Shown in pieces: positions 1 to 11,461 of a stretch of DNA of 64,000 bases; position 1 is the first letter of the stretch; each line of letters starts with the position of its first letter. The DNA lies in the NCBI GenBank assembly GCA_951804945.1, contig OX638152.1, forward strand, positions 12,896,001 to 12,960,000, in the 5' to 3' direction. The notes beneath the pieces were generated by a model that saw only the letters and a list, made by a program, of their open reading frames with translations, had not been told where the DNA came from and did no database searches. Both the position numbers and the translations under genes were made by a program. Origin of the DNA: Podarcis cretensis. Its lineage: Eukaryota.

Positions 1-768
1 GGTGAAAAAACTGAGTTTGCATTCTGTTGTAGTTTTTGGCACCCGTTAAGAACACACCTCTTCACTCAGGCTTTTGCGAAAGTGATTCAGCAAGGACAGC
101 TGTAAATGAAAAGGTCCATCTGCTGTACTGATATGGTTTGGCTTTAAAAATTATCCTTTTAATGTCGTTATATTGAGTTTTATTGTTTTATTGTATATGC
201 TGTAAGCTACCCTGGGATCTTGAGGAAGAATGGTTTAGAAATGGAGATGATTATAACGATAAGAAACATAGTATTAATTACCCTGAATATGCTGAAACTA
301 ATAGAAATATGGCACCACCTAGTGGTAGAATTCAAGGATTACAATTCAGATCAATCTACCAAATAAAAAAGGGGAGGAATGCTGTGCCCCAGTGCGCAAA
401 GAATGCACAATTGAATAGTGGATCCTGACCATTACCCTCCAAAAAATAATCACAAGAAGTCACTAAAACATTTTTAGCATCTTACAGTTAGCAGCTAAAA
501 TCATGAGCTTGCTTTCAGGAGAGAACAGAAATATGAATTCCTAATGATATAAATGGATACTTAATGTAGAAAAATTAACAGAACTTTGATTTTCTAATGT
601 CATGTTCCACCATCTGCTTGTTAGAACCAGCCCATATCCGGAACCAAGCAAGACCTCTACACTGGAGAAGAGAAAAGGCCCCCCGTTGCCAGATCCAACA
701 TCTATAGGGACTAAGAGGAGTCAAAGAACACTGAGACACACCCTCAGACCACTATGCTGGAAGATGCC

Positions 769-1175
769 TGTGATGGGATAATGAGCTGCTTGTGCGTAAA
801 AGCTTGATCCCTCAGAGCTTACTCAGTGTAGTAAAGCTCTGCCTTGAGCGGAGCCCTTTGGCATGGCTCCGTCAGTCGCTGGTAGAATCTGACAGTGGGC
901 GTCTGCGGAAACGTTTCCAACATAAAAGCTGTTTAACGGAAACGCGTCTCCTGGATTCTCTGCGTGACAGTTTCCGGCGAGGGATGGGGGTCCCTAAAGG
1001 GGGTCCTGATACCTCCTCACTGTTCTCACTGGAAGTATCCCAGAGCCTCCCCTCCGACTCCCTTTCCCTTGGAGCTCCTGCTCTCCCCCTACTGGTTCCC
1101 TCTTCTGCTGAAGTGTCTCTCCTATTCTCCTGGAGCCTTTCCACCACCTGTTCTTCCGATGGCAGTTCCCTGACA
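769..1175 (-). mobile_element. Solo LTR, probably Gypsy-type (407 bp)
   Basis: TG...CA termini (TGTGATGGGA...TCCCTGACA) flanked by a perfect 5-bp TSD ATGCC (764-768 and 1176-1180). Strand inferred from the internal ORF only. Confidence 0.8.
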
Positions 1176-1465
1176 ATGCCTATCTCAAGAAGTCTGCAGA
1201 GTTGGTAGATCTGATGCACTCCAAACAGTCACCCACCAGAATCTCCATCAGGTGTGGAGACAATGATGAGTCCAAGTTAGAGTTCAGTCCAAAAGATGCA
1301 GTGCACACCTGGAAACATCAGGCTTCTAGTCTCTGAAGGTTCATCCACACTTCCCTTTGTCCCATGTTTTCTTCTGCTTGATCTCTGACTTCTAGACATA
1401 AGTCCAACAGGGTTTTGTTTTGTCTTACCATTTTCTTTGGGAAAAATCCATTGTTGTTTGTTTGT

Positions 1466-1865
1466 TTGTTTTTATTATAATTTATATACTGTCCTATACC
1501 CAGAGGTCTCAGGGTGGTTCATATAAAAAGATCACAGTATATAAAATAAAAATGAAAGCAAGAACCCAATAATAGCCCCCTCCAAAAAAGCCACATTTTA
1601 AAAGGGTATAGGATGTTGATCAGGTCAACCAAAAGCCTGGTTAAAAAGGAACATTTTTGTTTGAAGGCATCAGGCAAACTTCCCGGGGAGAGCATTCAGC
1701 AGATGGGGAGCCACTGCAGAGAAGGCCCCGTTCTCGTGTTGCCACCCTCCGGACCTCTCGAGGAGGTGGGATATGAAGCAGGGCCTCAGAAGATGATCTC
1801 AGGGTCTGGGTAGGTTCATGTGGAAAGAGGCAGTCCTTGAGGTATTGCAGTTCTGAGCCGTTTAG
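1466..1865 (-). mobile_element. Older L2-clade LINE 3' fragment
   Basis: Reverse complement reads as GLRTAIPQGL.../RAFS..APHLLNALP, followed by a 3' UTR and AT-rich tail. Similar to the other L2 copies. Confidence 0.65.
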
Positions 1866-2620
1866 TGCTGAATCAGAACAAATGTCAATGCACAGAAAAC
1901 CCGATTGCTGTTTGCTCCGATTAAGCAGTAAACCACAGGTTTCACAGGGGGAAGTGGCAGTAAAAAAGGAAAACTGCTAAGACTCACGCCAAGAAGTCAC
2001 AGACCAAACGGAAGCATGAATGAGACCTGAGTATCACTCAGGAGGAACTATAACCAGAGCATTTTCCAGACTAGGGCTCCATATAAGACAGAAAACTCAC
2101 AATGTCTGCAGGCTAAATGTAGCTCAGCTAGAAAAGGCAATAATGTGCAGGGAGAGAAGAAAGCAAACCAAGAAAGCAAATCCAATTTATGTACACTTCC
2201 TGGAGGATATTAATAATCCACCTTTAGCATCAGTCTGTTTATTAAACCATTTTTTTTAAAGTTGTTGAAGAAACACCGGAGATAGAAACAAGAGGCCCAA
2301 ATGTTAAAGCTAAACCCACTTGCTTATTTAAAATAACCACTGCCTATTCATGATGACATACGTCCACCTCTCTTGATTTCCATTTTCTATCTAAAGACAA
2401 AGAAGAATTGTATACAATCGTAGATGCTCAAGTTGTTCAGCAATCATCAAGGAAGCTGCTGTGGTTGACAGCTGTGATCTGTTGGTTTACAGTTAGGATG
2501 CTCAGAGGAATGCATCATGTTCCCAGGGCACGGTCCTCATTCCAGCTCAAAGGCAGAGCTGGAGAAAGAGGAGGCATCATCCATGGAGCCAACCACCACT
2601 CCTAGCCACTGAGTCTCAAG

Positions 2621-2757
2621 CAGGCATGGCCAAAATTGGCCCTCCAGATGTTTTTGGGACTACAACTCCCATCATCCCTAGCTAACAGGACCAGTGGTCA
2701 GGGATGATGGAAATTGTAGTCCCAAAACATCTGGAGGGCCAGGTTTGGCCATGCCTG
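2621..2757. mobile_element. hAT (Charlie-like) palindromic MITE
   Basis: CAGGCATGGCCAAA...TTTGGCCATGCCTG and nearly fully self-complementary. 8-bp TSD gtctcaag/gtctaaag. Confidence 0.9.
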
Positions 2758-3084
2758 GTCTAAAGGTTTTGACTTGGATGGACTCCTCTAGCTCAGAGGG
2801 CACTCCTCCAATTAACCCTCACTGCATCCATGCTAGAAGAGCCAACGGATGCAGAATAGGACCATGCCCCTTTAAAAGAGCAGACATTTCCTCAGAGAGG
2901 TGGGCCTAATAAGAGGTTCAAGGCAGACAGCCTTCATAAGTCTTAGATGCTGAAGCAACAACTCTCCCTAAGTGAGTCCTGGCAAGCATTGGAGCTGTGA
3001 GCTCTCCAGGGTGCTGATCTGCCTGTCTGTGACTTTGCTCTTTGGGGTGTGGCCTTTGTTCTATCAATGGGTATCAGTCTGGCC

Positions 3085-3430
3085 TCTTCCGGGACCCTGA
3101 GACTCTGTCTCCACCCCCATCTTTCATCCTGGACATCAAGGTCCAGCTCCAAGGGCCTTCTGGCAATTCCCTCACTGAAAAAAATGAGGTTACAGGGAAT
3201 CAGGCAGAGGGCCTTCTTGGTGGTGGCGCCCGCCCTGTGGAACACCCTCCCATCCGATGTCAAGGAATATACTATCTGTCTTTTAGAAGACATCTGAAGG
3301 CAGCCCTGTTTAGGGAACTTTTTAATGTTTGATGTTTTATCATGTTTTTAATATTCTGTTGGGAGCCGCCCAGAGTGGTTGGGGAAAGCCAGCCAGATGG
3401 GCGGAGTATAAATAAATTCATCATCATCAT
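3085..3430 (+). mobile_element. L2-clade LINE 3' end
   Basis: Encodes [22 protein letters not shown] and [16 protein letters not shown], then the 3' UTR ggagccgcccagagtgg...ataaataaa. Similar to 12198-12743. Confidence 0.85.
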
Positions 3431-4018
3431 GCTGGAAAAAGACAGCACAGAGTGGATTATTCCCATGGGTGAAATAAGTTACCCATTCTATCCAAGGAAC
3501 ATATTTCAAGTTCCATAGCTTATTTCAAACCTTCTACAGCTAATGTCGCTGCAAAGTATTTTCACAAACATTTTTTCCCTGCAAGGAACCAGATTTCCCA
3601 GTAACTGCAGTTTTACGTGCTGTGCTGCTGCAAGGGGTTTTGGTCGCAGTGAGTCTGTAAACCAGGAAGCAATTTAGGAATGCCTCAAAAAGTAATACAG
3701 TTGCATCTGTATGTGGCAATAGCTCAACTTGGAAAATCCTGTGCAGCAATTAGTTCCAGGACATGCTGGGTTGAATTATTATTTATTATTTATTATTAAA
3801 CATTTATATAGTGCCATTGATTTATACAGTACCAGAAGCTTTACAAAATAATAGCTACCCTTTGGGTAAGGTTGGATGAATCTGTCAGTTTTGATTTCTC
3901 TCAGTTTCACACTTTCCCAATCTTAAATTCAGGTTTTCACGGCTCCATATAGATTTTGATTGGCTGTCCAATTTTAAAAGCCCTCATAGAAATTTGTCAG
4001 TGTTTTAGTGCACATTTA

Positions 4019-4339
4019 GAGACTGAGAAGAGATATGATAGCCATCTTCACATATCTAAAGGGCCATCACATGGAAGATGGAGCAAGCTTGTTTTCTCTG
4101 GCACCGGAGGGTAGAACCCAAACCAATGGTTACAAGAAAGGAGTTTCTGACGCAACATCAAGAAGAACTTTCTGACAGTAAGAGCTGTTTGACAGTGGAA
4201 TGGTCTCCTTTGGACTCTCCTTCCTTGAGAGTTTTTCAGCAGATGTTGGATGGCCACGTGTCATGGATTCTTCGGTTGAGATTCCTGGGCTTGGACTAGA
4301 TGACCCTAAGGTCCCCTACAACTCTACAATTCTGTGATT
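4019..4339 (+). mobile_element. CR1 LINE 3' end
   Basis: RRDMIAIFTYLKG-like ORF2 end, followed by ggactagatgaccc...ggtcccc..caactctacaattctgtgatt (CR1 ATTCTRTG tail). Confidence 0.85.
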
Positions 4340-4456
4340 TCCCCCCAAAACACACATTTTTGAAACCCATTTCTTGAAATACAAGGCATTCCTTATCTTG
4401 TTTTCACCAATATGTGCATTTGCATGCACACTTCCCCTTAAAATCACATCTTTATA

Positions 4457-4698
4457 CAGTGGTACCTCAGGTTAAGTACTTAATTCGTTCCGTAGGTCCG
4501 TACTTAACCTGAAACTGTTCTTAACCTGAAGCACCACTTTAGCTAATGGGGCCTCCTGCTGCTGCTGTGCCGCCGGAGCCCGATTTCTGTTCTCATCCTG
4601 AAGCAAAGTTCTTAAACTGAAGCACTATTTCTGGGTTAGCGGAGTCTGTAACCTGAAGCATATGTAACCTGAAGCGTTTGTGACCTGAGGTACCACTG
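4457..4698 (+). mobile_element. Tc1/mariner (Tigger/pogo-like) MITE
   Basis: 16-bp perfect TIR CAGTGGTACCTCAGGT with TA TSDs at 4455-4456 and 4699-4700. Internal AACCTGAAG repeats. Confidence 0.92.
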
Positions 4699-4994
4699 TA
4701 CACATTTTCTAGTTGTAAAAGTGTATTGCAAAATTCAGAAGAGCTTCCATTTTTAAGGTAGCTATGTTCCAGTTTCTGCATTGTTTTAGGAAACACGACT
4801 TGTGAATTTTATCATATACCTGACCCTTGCCTTTTCCTCCTAAACTTTAAAAGTTCTGAATACTTTAAACCAGGGGTAGCCAATGCAGAGCCATCCAGAA
4901 GTTATGGACTGCAATTGCCATTAGCTCCAGCAAGCACGGCCAGTAGCCTAAAACATCTAGAAGGCACCAAATTGGCTACATGTAATATAGACTT

Positions 4995-5140
4995 TCCCCA
5001 TAGGGAAGATGCTCCTTGTCAGCATTTTGGATGTCTTTTTCTGGACTTTTCCCAGAAAGGCCATGCCCCTTTTTGAGATTGGGTGACCAGAACCACACAC
5101 AATATTCCAGATTGGGGGATGCCCCCCAAGATTTATGCAA
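4995..5140 (-). mobile_element. CR1 ORF2 fragment
   Basis: Translates as PNLEYCVWFWSPNLKKG, resembling the CR1 motif RPHLEYCVQFWSP. Confidence 0.75.
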
Positions 5141-6754
5141 GTGCATTTCATATAGGCTCATTCAGTTTTTCAGTTGCGGCAGCATGCAATTCACCCCTTA
5201 TGCCAACACAGAAGAAGACTTGAAGTTTCTGGTTTGGACCATATACTACATGCCTAGAACTCTGAACAGACCCAAGCAGGAGCCTCTGTGGATTTCAGAT
5301 GTATATCTGCAATTTTTGCTCAGCCTGTATATATTTCTAAATGGCACTTTTTAATTGAGCCTGTTCATAAGAACATGAGAAGAATGCTTCCAAGACATAT
5401 CTCACCCAACATTCTGTACTCACAGTGGCCAATCAAATGCTTATGGAAATCCCACAACCAGGACCTGAGGAGAACAGCACTCTCCTCACTTGTGATGCCC
5501 AGAAAAGGGGAATTTAAATGAATACTGCCTCCAAGAGTGGAGGCAGCATCTATCTGAATATTGCCCCCATTGTTATTGGAGATCTGATATATTCCACCTC
5601 TCCTCCAATGCAGGAGGCTGTGGCTGACAGTTCCTCATTCATGCAGACACTCAGCAAGAAATTTTAAGAAATGCTTATACTCTGACACACCCAAATTATG
5701 TTGTTGAGTTGTTGTTGGCTTCTGAACTGCCTACACCTCTAATTCTTTTGCCTCTTAGGGCTTCCCTACATTCCTCAGAAAACTGCCCTTGTTTTTCAGA
5801 CCTGTGTCGAGTTTCAATCCTAGGCACACTGACAGCTTTCTGTCCCCTCATCAAACTAGACTACAAGCATTCTTTGCTTTGTGCCTAGCAGGGAGTGTTA
5901 ATGAACATTCCATCGACTCAGATTTAGATGCTTCAGCTATCCTAGCCCAAATGCAATGCAGACAGGGAGCAGAATGACAAAGCCTAAGCAGAGTGATGCA
6001 ATTTCATCCCAAGCACAGAATTCACACACCGAAAGAATACTGAGCAGAAGTCTCAAGTGAAGACAGCAAATGATTTTGGGTGCTTGAAGGACAACTATCT
6101 GCAAGGCCTGTGAATGAGTTTAAAAGAGACGTACAAAATGGAAACTACAGGTTTGAGTTAGCTACTTCCCAGTTCTTTAAGACTGCATCATTCTTTGCCA
6201 TCCCTAATAGCCCCAAAGTCAGTCAGTTTTCTTTGTAGCTATAGCGTTGCCTTCAAGACAGCCCTCCCATGTAAATCCTCTGATGTTTATTCAATAGACA
6301 CAGCTGCTATCTCAATGCTGCAGCCACAACAAAGGGAAAGCAAAGTAGGAACTGTGCATGTGAGAACCGCCCCCCCACCAAATCCCCCAGGTGACTAAAT
6401 GAATGATAATGCCAAATGCAAAATTTCTACGTCTAACCACCGCCTCTGTCAATTGCTCTCCCTGGATATTGGATTTGGAAATTAATGAACTCCTTTCATT
6501 CACAGACGCTGTTGAAACAGGGTGCTAATTGGCTGACTTGGAAGATTTATAGTTGTTGAAACTTGATTGAATGTGCTTCCCCACCCTGGGAAGTGTGTTG
6601 CTTTGCTGGGACCACTGCAGAGATGCTGCATTGCAGCACAATGCAAGTGTATGGACCACTGATGGAGTACAACTTTGGACATTGTCTTGCCATGCATGAA
6701 GAGGAAGCAGAGATTCCCTGCATCTCCTGTTCCTGCCCACCTACAGCAATGTCA

Positions 6755-7108
6755 GGGACGTGGGTGGCACTGTGGGTTAAACCACAGAGCCCAGGACTTG
6801 CTGATCAGAAGGTTGGTGGTTCAAATCCCTGCGACGGGGTGAGCTCCCGTTGCTCGGTCCCTGCTCCTGCCAACCTAGCAGTTCAACAGCACCTCAAAGT
6901 GCAAGTAGATAAATAGGTACCGCTCTGGCGGGAAGGTAAACGTGTTTCCGTGCACTGCTCTGGTTCACCAGAAGCGACTTAGTCATGCTGGCCACATGAC
7001 CCGGAAGCTGTACGCCGGCTCCCTCGGCCAATAAAGCGAGATGAGCGCCACAACCCCAGAGTTGACCACGACTGGACCTAATGGTCAGGGGTCCCTTTAC
7101 CTTTACTT
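6755..7108 (+). mobile_element. Sauria SINE (Squam1/POM-type), full length
   Basis: Head GGGACGTGGGTGGCACTGTGGG with B-box GGTTCAAATCCC and an (ACCTTT)n tail. 13-bp TSD tacagcaatgtca. Confidence 0.92.
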
Positions 7109-7262
7109 TACAGCAATGTCATATGGGAAATACACCTTCTGCTCCCACCCATTACCTTGCCTAGGAGATATTCTAGCTTCCTATGGGGCAGCAGCAGGTT
7201 TATTTCCAGTATGGAGAGGGTGCAGTTCTACCTCCCTCTCCCCAATATCAGCCTTATCTCTC

Positions 7263-7266
<4 letters not shown>

Positions 7267-7311
<45 letters not shown>
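7267..7311. repeat. (TA)n microsatellite
   Basis: Direct reading. Confidence 0.97.
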
Positions 7312-7315
<4 letters not shown>

Positions 7316-8298
7316 CATATCTCAGTTGCTCTTCCTTCATGCCTGACCAGCCTGGACACCCAATTTTTCTATAGGTTCAGTATTATCTTTGCCGGTCTAA
7401 CCCATGCATTGAAAATATATTTTCTTTGCCTATCCATGCACAAATGCGCAAATAACTATATGCATCACACTGTCATATGCACACAGTTTAACAACAGATA
7501 TTGGGTAACTGCATGTTAGGATTCAAGGCAGTGTGTAAAAAAATTGTTCATTCCATGTAGCGTGGATTCATAACTGTTGAAAAAGAATTTTGTAGATTTG
7601 TTTCACATTCTTTTAAGTCACAGCATGCATGGCACAGTGATTTTTATAAGGCGATAGTTTTATCACTGTGTATCTTTCTTTTTAAGTCTACCCCCCACCC
7701 AAATCGACGTGCATTTTTTTAAATGTTAAAAAAGAAGCATTTATATAGTGCTTTAGAATATAAAGAATGAGTCACATACATTAACTTTCAGTCCTTAGAG
7801 CAATCTTGTAATTACAGTTTAGTGTTATGATCCCCACACTGTAGCCACTGAGGCGGAGATGGAGGGCTTGCCTAAAGTCATCTAGAGAAGCCATAGAAGA
7901 GGCAAAACAGAGACTTCCCAGTTCATAGCAGGGTCTCTTAGCCATGATGTTTCATGAGCTCTTTACCATGACCCAATCCGCTAATGATCACTTGGATCTG
8001 CAGGGACCAGCACCCTTGCACCCAAGGGCCTCACATACTTGCCTACCACTGCAGGTAGCATACAAGACAACAGATAACAGAGTGCCAGGCTCTTGCCAGA
8101 GAGATTTCCTTTCAGGGATTTTCATTCTCCACCAAGGAGGCAGGGCCTGGAAGAGGTAGATGAGGCCAGGAACTAAGGAAGGGCTCGGTTACCACCTGCC
8201 GCAGGTCTGACCAAATTGTCTCTTTCCCAGGACCTGTCCAGGGTCCTGAAAGAACTGCTCTTCCTTAATACTGTCTCATGGCCCTTTAGTGGATGCTA

Positions 8299-8654
8299 CA
8301 GTGGTGCCTCGCAAGACGAAATTAATCCGTTCCGTGAGGCTCTTCGTATAGCGTTTTTTTCATCTTGCGAAGCAAGCCCATTGACAGCTTAGCGGATTAG
8401 CGCTATTAGCGGTTTAGCGGCTTTTAGTGGATCAGCTGATAAGCGGCTTATCAGCGGATCAGCTGATAAGCGGCTTAGGGCTTAGGAAAAGGGGGGAAAA
8501 GGGGAAAAAACCCGGCAGGAACTTGCAAGACATTTTCGTCTTGCGAAGCAAGCCCATAGGGAAATTCGTTTTGCGAAGCACCTCCAAAACGGAAAACCCT
8601 TTGGTCTAGCGGGTTTTCCGTCTTGCGAGGCGTTCGTCTTGCGGGGCACCACTG
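8299..8654. mobile_element. Tc1/mariner MITE (second family)
   Basis: 22-bp TIR CAGTGGTGCC(T/C)CGCAAGACGAA with TA TSDs. Internal repeats TCTTGCGAAGCAAGCCCA and a tandem GGATCAGCTGATAAGCGGCTTA. Confidence 0.92.
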
Positions 8655-10373
8655 TATATCTGCCTATCACTGTCCTCTTCTTTGCCTGCCAGTTCCAGAC
8701 AATGACCTGACCTTTCCCCTGTAGAATTGCATGGGCTGATCCTTTCTCGTCCTTGTATGTTGCACTAGAAATAGATCATGAGCAAACTACTGCATTGTAA
8801 TTTTTCAGTATCGACATGTCTATTGAGCTTTTTATCTGTGCAATTTTCTTGATATATGCTTGTTAGACTCCACTGGAATAAAGCAATAAATCTTTATCTA
8901 TTTAGCGCATTAAAAGTTATTCTTGTTTTGTCAGAGGCCATTAAAACTTGTGTGTGAAACATTTGCACGTATGCAACAAATCGTATTAGACATAAAAACT
9001 ATAAATAGAAAGAGGCCAATATGACCAAATTTAAAAAGACAAATAGCACATTGACAAATGCATCAACTTGTACAATATAACAACTTATAAAACATTAAAT
9101 GCTAGCTATGGAAAATTAAAACAGTTAATAATCTAAACTGGCAGACATTAGCCTAGAATTAAGGAATGTGGCACACTATGCAAATTAACATGTTCCGAAG
9201 TGTGAGCAGCAAGTCATTTGGGGCATTATGCTGCAGTATGTGTGTGTGTGTGTCCCACTTCAATGCACAAAAAATAAGCAGCCCTGACCATAACACAAAC
9301 TCTTTCTAATGCAATGTTTGTACTGACCCAAACATTAAGTAGAACGGGAGGTTAGATCAACCTTTGTTTGAGACATACAATTATGGCAATCTCAGACACA
9401 CGAGAATCAAAATATAGTTTGTGATTTTCGTCTACCAGGTTCCTTGGGAACAAGATTCTCTGCATTCTGGACAAATATATCATTGCCTCTCAATCCATGT
9501 AGTGCAGCATGGCCAGTTGTCAGGGTTGATGGGAGTTGTAGTCTGAACAGCCAGAGGTTCCACATGGGATGTGAATGCATGATGCAGTCACTCCAAGTAC
9601 AAATAATGAAACAGAATGACTTGCCCACCAATGAGATTGCCTTTGATGTTTGAGTCAGTGATCTGGTCTTGCCTCCTTCCAATAAAGAACCACATCTTGA
9701 GCATGCACGGTTCCTTGTGGGTTGGTTAATTCCAACTCTTGGGCACTTTAGAATTTGTGCTGGTTCACTACAGAACTTGCACTTCAAAACTGGGGTGGTG
9801 TGGTTTTCAAAACTTGAAGGGGCACTGTACTTGATGACAGCAGTGGCACCGTGGTCTCCACAGTGGTGATGGAGGTCCTATTGGTGCCCGCTTGCCGTTG
9901 TTAATGGAGAATTCAAGGGGAAATGTCAGGCAACAAGGGATGCTCTCTTACAGCTAGAGGCAGTGGTGTGAAAATGAAAATTCCCCACCTGCAAGTGGTG
10001 CAATATGTTTGGGAGACCCCTTTTCGTTCAAGGGTAGTTTGGAGAGGAAGTGTCCATGCAAGGCTATTTCGGGGGTGGGGGGGGAGGGGGGAAGGTATCA
10101 GAAATGTGGGGAAGACTGCTCTGTTGTCATTTCATCAACATCAATTTAACATGTCAGAAGCATCAAAACTGCACCCCGCAACTTGCAAGACTAGGACTCT
10201 CCCTACTGCTACCAATCTGCAGATGTGGGGCTAGTCTGGATTTAGCCTTCCAGATGAAATGAAGGCCCAGCTTCTCACTTGTATGAATGGGAGACAAGAC
10301 AGCCATTACACATTCATCTTCATTTCTTTCTAAGTGCTGGCAAATGCAAGCACCCATTCTAATTTTCTCTGTG

Positions 10374-10610
10374 TGGTAAAGGTAAAAGACCCCTGGATGG
10401 TTAAGTCCAGTCAAAGGCAACTAGTGGGTGTGGTGCTCATCTTGCTTTTCAGGCTGAGAGAGATGTCGTTTATCAGGATGTGGGTGGCACTGTGGTCTAC
10501 ACCACTGAGCCTCTTGGGCTTGCTGATCAGAAGGTCAGCAGTTCGAATCTGCGCAACGGGGTGAGCTCCTGTTGCTCTGTCCCAGCTCCTGCCAGCCTAG
10601 CAGTTCTAAA
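10374..10610. mobile_element. Rearranged or diverged Sauria SINE pieces: inverted 3' part (about 10374-10470) then forward 5' part (about 10475-10610)
   Basis: GGTAAAGGTAAA tail on the minus strand abuts a GGATGTGGGTGGCACTGTGG head on the plus strand. Confidence 0.75.
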
Positions 10611-11358
10611 GTATATCTGTGTGATCAAAGCTATTGGCCCATCATCGCATGAAGAAACATGAGTGCGGATCAAGCAGTACAAACATGGGAACAGCTGTGG
10701 CTCTGTACTGTCCAGTTCATGTAGCCACACATCTAACCAAATGACGAAATAGGCAGAGGATGTGTATATGCACTGATCTTCAGAATATCCTTCTAGCATT
10801 GGCCACTACTAATGTCTCTTTTTAGCATGAAGATGAAAAGGATCTGTTTGCTACAGTTATCTAGCACTTCATTTATTCCTGTTCCCAGCCAATACCTTGT
10901 AACAATTGGTACCCACAATCATAAGCAATAAAGCACAGAGGGAGATAAGCTACCAAAGGAACACAAAAGGGAAAACCATTTCCAACCCGATGGAATATAG
11001 GGGTCAGAGAGACACAGAACCACTCCCTGTGGCTCATAATTGTGTCCTGAAAACTTCTGATGAAAGCCAGAATGAAAACAAGTGAGAGCTGTCATTTTGG
11101 AGAGGAACTTTTTGAAGCTCAAATTAATTTATATTTGCTATTCAACAAAAGGCTGCACCAATGTTAGTCCTAATCAAGAGTAGAAACACTGGAAATAATA
11201 GGCTTGTCTAACTGTTTGTGTCCATGGCTCCACTCTTGAGTTGAGCTTAGTTGGATACAACTCAAAACGTTCCTGCACAACAGATCCCACTTTGAAGGAT
11301 GGTGTTTTCCATCGTTAAAGAGTTATTTCTAGTGTCTCTTGACATTTGGCAAGCCTAC

Positions 11359-11461
11359 CTTCTGGCTGGTATTGTGCTATAATGGTCACAGTCTGGCCTG
11401 CGCCTTTGAGCGCTGCAGCAGCCTGCTCATGGGTAGCACCACGAAGATCGATCCCATTCAC
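11359..11461 (-). CDS. DLG2: DLG2 exon, PDZ3 C-terminal part: [34 protein letters not shown](D/E)
   Basis: Acceptor ctctcccccttgcag|GTG and donor GAAG|gtaggc. 103 nt, phase 0 to 1. Confidence 0.98.

Larger units (their letters stand above)
3865..4825 (+). mobile_element. Old non-autonomous DNA-transposon-like repeat (TAGGG...CCCTA family), interrupted by a CR1 fragment and a Tc1/mariner MITE
   Basis: Segments 3865-4018, 4340-4456 and 4701-4825 are colinear with the uninterrupted copies at 28341-28708, 37848-38222 and 58010-58345. Confidence 0.6.

Noticed and set aside
11057-11090. Hammerhead ribozyme-like CTGATGA..GAAA (also at about 34652)
   Set aside because: No stem II or flanking helices can form.
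1-11358. Next DLG2 exon (DYARFEAKIHDLREQMM..) here, and the preceding PDZ1/2 exon in 58655-64000
   Set aside because: Not found by eye. They presumably lie outside the window.
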